From Thermodesulfovibrionales bacterium (GTDB lineage: Bacteria; Nitrospirota; Thermodesulfovibrionia; Thermodesulfovibrionales; UBA6898), in NCBI GenBank assembly GCA_044450345.1, contig JBIOIY010000003.1, forward strand, positions 32,001 to 96,000: a DNA stretch of 64,000 bases. Direction: 5' to 3'. The notes below the pieces were generated by a model, which saw only the letters and a program-made list of their open reading frames with translations, did not search any database and was not told the DNA's origin. The position numbers and the translations under genes were made by a program. Below are positions 58,970 to 64,000 of this stretch, one piece after another (positions within the stretch are counted from its first letter, which is position 1; each line of letters starts with the position of its first letter).

Positions 58970-59906
58970 AAATCTTCTTGCGGCGTTAAGGAAAGAAGGT
59001 CCTTTTTTGATCGCCGCCCATGTCGATCCGGACGGTGATGCGATAGGCTCGGCCCTTGCTCTTTCGGCCGCACTTGAATCCATGGGGAAAAAGTCATTTG
59101 TTTTCAGCAGAGACCCTGTCCCCAAATATTACAAGTTCCTTGCCGGGTATGATAAGTTCGCGTCCCGCTTGAAGGACATTATGAAAGAAGACCCGGTGCT
59201 CGTACTTGTCGACTGCAATACTCCAGAGAGGGCTGCTGTCGAGGAGTATCGATTCAGAAAGTCAATTGTAATCGACCATCACGAGACCGAAAAGGACTTC
59301 GGAGACATACGATGGATCGATCACAGGGCCGCAGCTACTGGTTTCATGATTTATTATCTGATCAAGGCCCTTCGCATTGCACCCACAAAAGATATTGCCG
59401 TAAATCTTTACACTGCAATTTGCGTTGACACGGGGACCTTCAGATACAGCAATACCTCAGCCGACGTCCTTCGCGTAAGCGCCGAGCTCGTCGAGGCTGG
59501 GGCCGACCCTGGCCTTATTGCCGTGAACCTTTATGAGTCGTGGGATTATAAAAGGTTCAGGCTTTTGATGATGACCCTCAACACGCTGGAGGTGAGGAAC
59601 AGGATCGCGGTGATCCATGTTACCCAAAACATGTTTAAGGAAACGGGCACTCGCTCTGAAGATACCGAACATTTCTCAAGTTTTCCGCGGATGATCGGAG
59701 CGGTCAAGATGGCGGTCCTCTTGAGAGAGCTGGACAAGGGCGAGTGGAAAGCTAGCCTTAGGTCCAGGGGCGGGGTAAACGTGGCCCGGATCGCCGAGAA
59801 ATTCGGGGGAGGCGGGCATAATAACGCGGCGGGCTTTAAAATTAAGGCCGATCTGAAAACTGTGAAAGAGATCCTCTTCGGAACGGCCCGAAGATCTTCG
59901 AAGTAG
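58956..59906 (+). CDS. nrnA: DHH/DHHA1 phosphoesterase (NrnA-like)
   Basis: PDGDAIGS, IDHH and GGGH motifs. Confidence 0.88.
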   Translation: MRIPRNLLAALRKEGPFLIAAHVDPDGDAIGSALALSAALESMGKKSFVFSRDPVPKYYKFLAGYDKFASRLKDIMKEDPVLVLVDCNTPERAAVEEYRFRKSIVIDHHETEKDFGDIRWIDHRAAATGFMIYYLIKALRIAPTKDIAVNLYTAICVDTGTFRYSNTSADVLRVSAELVEAGADPGLIAVNLYESWDYKRFRLLMMTLNTLEVRNRIAVIHVTQNMFKETGTRSEDTEHFSSFPRMIGAVKMAVLLRELDKGEWKASLRSRGGVNVARIAEKFGGGGHNNAAGFKIKADLKTVKEILFGTARRSSK

Positions 59907-59951
59907 AGGGCGGACCTTCTTGCCTTTCCCCTCCTGCGCAGTACAGTTGCA

Positions 59952-60836
59952 ATGGACCTGATAATCAATCTCAATAAGCCTTTCGGCATTACTTCCCATC
60001 AGGCAGTGACGGGGGTAAAGCGTCTGCTGGGTGTCAAGAAGGCGGGCCACACCGGCACCCTTGATCCCGCAGCCACAGGGGTACTTCTCATATGTCTCAA
60101 CGAAGCGACGAAAGTGAGCAGATTCCTTCTCGATATGGACAAGCGATACCGTGCGAGGGTCAAACTCGGGGAGAGGACCGATACTTATGACGCTCAGGGG
60201 ACGGTCATCGAGCAGAGTGACGCATCTGCTCTCACTGAAAAAGATGTTGTCAGGGCCGTCAAGATGTTTGAAGGCAGCATAACCCAAAAACCCCCCATGT
60301 ATTCAGCGGTAAAAGTGCAGGGCAAAAAACTCTATGAGCTTGCCAGAAAAGGCGTGGAGATTGAGCGCCGGGAGAGGCATGTCCATATATATGAGATCCA
60401 TGTATGCGGATTTGATTTGCCCTATTTCGATCTGGAGGTATCCTGTTCCAAGGGGACCTATATCCGGACCCTTTGCGATGATATCGGGTCGGTCCTTGGC
60501 ACTGGTGCCATTCTTTACTCTCTCGAAAGATCAGCGATCGGACCTTTTGAAATAAAAAATTCTGCAACTCCGGAAGAATTGGGAAGAGACGATTTTTTCG
60601 AGTACAAAAAAAAATCATTTTGTTCGATCGATGAGGCCCTTTCAGAATTCAGGGAAATAGTGCTGGATGATGTTGACTATCGAGGCGCAAAAAGAGGCGT
60701 CCCGATAAAAACCAATAGGATCAAAGACTTACCAACCGGAAGCTTTGTGAAATTGAAAGGACCGCTCGGGGATTTATTTGGGATCGGGCTAGTAGATGCT
60801 GAACTTATACGAATCGAAAGAATCCTAAATTTCTAA
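59952..60836 (+). CDS. truB: tRNA pseudouridine(55) synthase
   Basis: GHTGTLDP, QKPPMYSA and CSKGTYIRTL motifs. Confidence 0.96.
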   Translation: MDLIINLNKPFGITSHQAVTGVKRLLGVKKAGHTGTLDPAATGVLLICLNEATKVSRFLLDMDKRYRARVKLGERTDTYDAQGTVIEQSDASALTEKDVVRAVKMFEGSITQKPPMYSAVKVQGKKLYELARKGVEIERRERHVHIYEIHVCGFDLPYFDLEVSCSKGTYIRTLCDDIGSVLGTGAILYSLERSAIGPFEIKNSATPEELGRDDFFEYKKKSFCSIDEALSEFREIVLDDVDYRGAKRGVPIKTNRIKDLPTGSFVKLKGPLGDLFGIGLVDAELIRIERILNF

Positions 60837-60954
60837 CCTGACAGCCTTAATTGTTAAACTAATTTCTAAGAGTTAAGATTAAACTATTTGAAATCACAGC
60901 AATATTTATAAAAAAAACCTTGACAATATATTTTTTTTCTGGTATTCATATCCT

Positions 60955-62007
60955 ATGCTTTTTAAAGGTAAGGGTTCAATCGGATTAGATCTTGGTTCGA
61001 GCTATATCAAGACGGTAAAACTCAAAGAATCCAAGGGAAGCTACGAACTCGAGCTCTTTGACCTCTATCCTCTTCCTCCTGAACTGATCGTCGACGGCTC
61101 CATCATCGATTCTATCAGACTCGTAGATGCCATTAAGGACATGGTCAGGAAGGCCGGAGTAAAAACAAAGGACACGGCCATATCCATTTCCGGGCATTCC
61201 TCGGTTATCATCAAAAGGATCTCTCTACCCGAGATGTCCGAAGAAGACCTTTCCGAATCGATAAAGTTCGAGGCCGAACAATATGTCCCATTCGATATAG
61301 AGGACGTCAACCTCGATTTCCAGATAATTGGACCGAAAGAGGAGCCGGGACAGATGGATGTAATCCTCGTGGCCGTCAAGAAAGACATCATCAATGAATA
61401 TATATCAGTGATAAAGGAAGCCGGTCTTAATCCGATCATAGTGGATATTGACGCCTTTGCGCTCGAAAATATGTACGGCATCAACTACGAGATCGAGCCC
61501 GGAAAAAATGTTGCGTTGCTTAATATCGGGGCGAGTACTATCAACATGAGTATACTGAAAGGCGGTATCTCCGTATTCACAAGAGACAGCTCCCTTGGAA
61601 GCAATCTGCATAGCGAGGCACTGCAAAGGGAATATAACATCAGCTATGAAAATGCCGAAAAACTTAAGAGGGGCGAGCCGGTCGAGAATGTGTCGTCTGA
61701 AGATGCCGCCGCTGTGATAGAATCTGCCTCCGAAGAGATACTCAGCGAGATCATAAGATCCTTCGACTACTACCGAAGCACCACGATGCACGAAGACATC
61801 TCCGAGGTGATATTCAGCGGTGGATGTGCCCTCCTCAGTAATATGTCGTCAATGATTACGGAGAAGACCGGCATCGAGACGAGGGTCGCTGAACCTTTCA
61901 GGAACATCAAGATACCGAAGAAATTCGACGAGACCACCATTCATGAAATTGCTCCTGTCATGGCTATTGCGGTTGGACTGGCATTAAGAAGGCCCGGTGA
62001 CCGATGA
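60955..62007 (+). CDS. pilM: Type IV pilus assembly protein PilM
   Basis: GLDLGSS and EAEQYVPF motifs, C-terminal GLALR. Confidence 0.94.
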   Translation: MLFKGKGSIGLDLGSSYIKTVKLKESKGSYELELFDLYPLPPELIVDGSIIDSIRLVDAIKDMVRKAGVKTKDTAISISGHSSVIIKRISLPEMSEEDLSESIKFEAEQYVPFDIEDVNLDFQIIGPKEEPGQMDVILVAVKKDIINEYISVIKEAGLNPIIVDIDAFALENMYGINYEIEPGKNVALLNIGASTINMSILKGGISVFTRDSSLGSNLHSEALQREYNISYENAEKLKRGEPVENVSSEDAAAVIESASEEILSEIIRSFDYYRSTTMHEDISEVIFSGGCALLSNMSSMITEKTGIETRVAEPFRNIKIPKKFDETTIHEIAPVMAIAVGLALRRPGDR

Positions 62008-62543
62008 TAAAAGTCAACCTTCTGCCCGTTAAAAAGAAAAAGAAGGCCAAGCCTTTGCCTGCTTTTCTCCTTGTTACCATCGGCGTTGCTCTTGCTGCGG
62101 TCGCGATCGTCATTTACCTAAACTTCTCTTTTAAGGGCCGCGTGAACGCAAGAAAGGCCCAGGTGGCTGATAATGAGAGAAGGCTCGGGGAGCTCGCAAG
62201 GAAGATAAAGGCAGTTGACGACTACGAAGCGCTAAACGCCGATTTCAAGAAACGCAAGGGGATTATCGAGGAACTCGGCAAGAACAAATCGCTGCCGTTC
62301 AAGATACTCGATGAGATTAGCAGGCTTTTGTCAGATGGCGTATGGCTGACGCAAATGAGCATAACCGGCAACGACATAGCATTGTCCTGCACAGGGTTCA
62401 ATAATACCGACGTGGTAAATTTTGTGAATAGCCTGAAGGGGTCTTCCCTTTTGACAGACATATATCTGCAGGAGTCCATCCAGGCGAGCGCATCGGGTTA
62501 TTCGGTTTATAACTTTAGAATCAGCTGTAAGGTGAAATCCTGA
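62004..62543 (+). CDS. pilN: Type IV pilus assembly protein PilN
   Basis: VNLLP motif, TM helix and coiled coil. Confidence 0.92.
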   Translation: MIKVNLLPVKKKKKAKPLPAFLLVTIGVALAAVAIVIYLNFSFKGRVNARKAQVADNERRLGELARKIKAVDDYEALNADFKKRKGIIEELGKNKSLPFKILDEISRLLSDGVWLTQMSITGNDIALSCTGFNNTDVVNFVNSLKGSSLLTDIYLQESIQASASGYSVYNFRISCKVKS

Positions 62544-62544
62544 T

Positions 62545-63138
62545 ATGGCAGTGAAATTAGATGTTAAGAATCTGCCCATTTATTTAAAAGCGATTATCGC
62601 TGTTCTTCCCGCCGTGATCATTCTTGTGGCGGGGATGGTCCTTTTTGTGTCCCCGCAGCAGAAAGAGATCAAGGCCCTCGATGCGAAGATAGACGATCAA
62701 AACAATAAAATAGCAACAGGCCAAGCCAAGGCGGCCAGGCTTGATACCTTGAAGCAGGAAAATGAAAAACTGCTGAATAGGTTGAATGAATTGAAAGAAC
62801 AACTGCCTGAAGAAAAGGAGATTTCGAGCCTTTTGAAACAGATCTCCGACCTTTCTATCTCAGCGGGACTCGAGATAAAATCCTGGAAGCCGGGAGCCAG
62901 GAAGATACACTCAAGCGGAATTGTATCTGAAATACCGGTTGCCGTCTCCGCGAGTGGAACCTATCACGATTTCGCCGGATTTCTGAGCAGCCTGACGAAA
63001 CTGAACAGGATCGTCAATATTACAGATATAAAGCTCGGTTCTCCAACGCCTACAAAAGGCATGGCCAACCTTCAGATAAGTTTTACCGCCACCACTTTCT
63101 CATCTGTAAGCGAGAAAGACAAGGAGGCGAAGAAATAA
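62545..63138 (+). CDS. pilO: Type IV pilus assembly protein PilO
   Basis: LPEEKEISSLL, GTYHDF and RIVN motifs. Confidence 0.92.
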   Translation: MAVKLDVKNLPIYLKAIIAVLPAVIILVAGMVLFVSPQQKEIKALDAKIDDQNNKIATGQAKAARLDTLKQENEKLLNRLNELKEQLPEEKEISSLLKQISDLSISAGLEIKSWKPGARKIHSSGIVSEIPVAVSASGTYHDFAGFLSSLTKLNRIVNITDIKLGSPTPTKGMANLQISFTATTFSSVSEKDKEAKK

Positions 63139-63666
63139 ATGGCAAGAATGGTTATAGATTTCAAGAGGTCGCTTGTGGGTCTATTTGGGGTGGCATTCAT
63201 TGTCCTGGCAGGATGTGAGGGCGATCCTTCCCATCAGAAGCCGGCTTTAGAAAAGCCTAAACCTGCAGCCTCCGCTCCCTCGCTGGCAGTGAAAGAAGAA
63301 CCCAAGGCCGAAAAAGAGGTGTATGTCTATGAGCAGAAGGGGAGAAGAGACCCCTTCATGTCATTGCTCCAAATCAGCAAGGAAAAACCGAAAAGGGCGG
63401 CAGGGAAGAGGCCTGTGGAGAACTTCGATGTCGACGAGATAAAACTGGTTGCCATTTTGTGGGACACCAAACAGTATTATGCCCTCATAATGCTCCCCGA
63501 CAATAAATCCTACACGATCAGAAAAGGGATGACACTCGGGCTTTACGGCGGAAAGGTTGAGGATATTACAAGGGACAAGGTGCTGATTCGGGAGCAGGTA
63601 AAAGACTACCGGGGGCAGCTGAAAACTAAAGATACCATATTGAAACTCCGCAAGGAGGGGGAATGA
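63139..63666 (+). CDS. pilP: Type IV pilus lipoprotein PilP
   Basis: LAGC lipobox and RRDPF motif. Confidence 0.9.
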   Translation: MARMVIDFKRSLVGLFGVAFIVLAGCEGDPSHQKPALEKPKPAASAPSLAVKEEPKAEKEVYVYEQKGRRDPFMSLLQISKEKPKRAAGKRPVENFDVDEIKLVAILWDTKQYYALIMLPDNKSYTIRKGMTLGLYGGKVEDITRDKVLIREQVKDYRGQLKTKDTILKLRKEGE

Positions 63667-64000
63667 TGAAAAAAACTCTGATATCAAAATTTCTCATGTC
63701 ATTTATTTTATTGACATTAGTCCTCGGCTGCGCGACAAAGGCCAGGACCAAGGAGACTTCCGAGACCGATGAGTTCCCGGTACTTGCCGAGATCAAACAG
63801 CAGGAAAACGGCATCTCGTTCATCGGCAGCAAGAACTTTATTTATACGCTGTACACAGGAAACGACCCTTACAAGGTAACCATCGACATCCCGGATATGC
63901 GACTGGGGAATTTTAAGGAGAAGATCGTTTGGGACAAGGCAGGCATTTCGGAGATCCTTCCCCAGCAACTCGACACTCCAAAGCCGTCTATAAGGCTCGA
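63663..64000 (+). CDS. pilQ: Secretin PilQ, N-terminal part only (runs off the window)
   Basis: Open frame MMKKTLISKF..LVLGC..DPYKVTIDIPD (AMIN-like) and position after pilP. Confidence 0.75.
   Translation, partial: MMKKTLISKFLMSFILLTLVLGCATKARTKETSETDEFPVLAEIKQQENGISFIGSKNFIYTLYTGNDPYKVTIDIPDMRLGNFKEKIVWDKAGISEILPQQLDTPKPSIRL

Noticed and set aside
1..64000. CRISPR array, rRNA, prophage or integrase genes
   Set aside because: No regularly spaced repeats with unique spacers, and no such genes were seen.

Overview
Bacterial chromosomal window, mostly housekeeping DNA, from an anaerobe with dissimilatory sulfur metabolism. Gene content and protein style suggest Nitrospirota (Thermodesulfovibrionia-like); this is inference. 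The centrepiece is a sat-aprB-aprA-qmoABC-CBS-hppA operon followed by a YkgJ-type cysteine-cluster gene (22.7-35.4 kb). The left end is AT-richer accessory DNA: a PD-(D/E)xK-nuclease + P-loop NTPase (STAND/Avs-like) gene split by an intact IS630 element and exactly restorable in silico, with an unannotated 44-aa membrane peptide gene upstream. A 2.6 kb patch between rtcA and recQ holds an orphan higA with a higB stub, a frameshifted relE, an intact hicBA pair, two attC-like sites and two copies of a palindromic repeat. Also present: prfB with its programmed frameshift, tRNA-Phe/Gly/Cys, trpD/E/G, lnt, truA/B, proA-nadD-rsfS-rlmH, tig-clpP-clpX, rpmB, infB-rbfA and pilMNOPQ(partial). Oddities include an in-frame amber in an alkD-like gene, a mocA stub behind xdhC, a CDS ending inside tRNA-Cys, a LapA-LapB fusion and many apparently leaderless genes. 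No CRISPR array, rRNA or prophage was seen. All calls come from reading motifs; no database searches were run.
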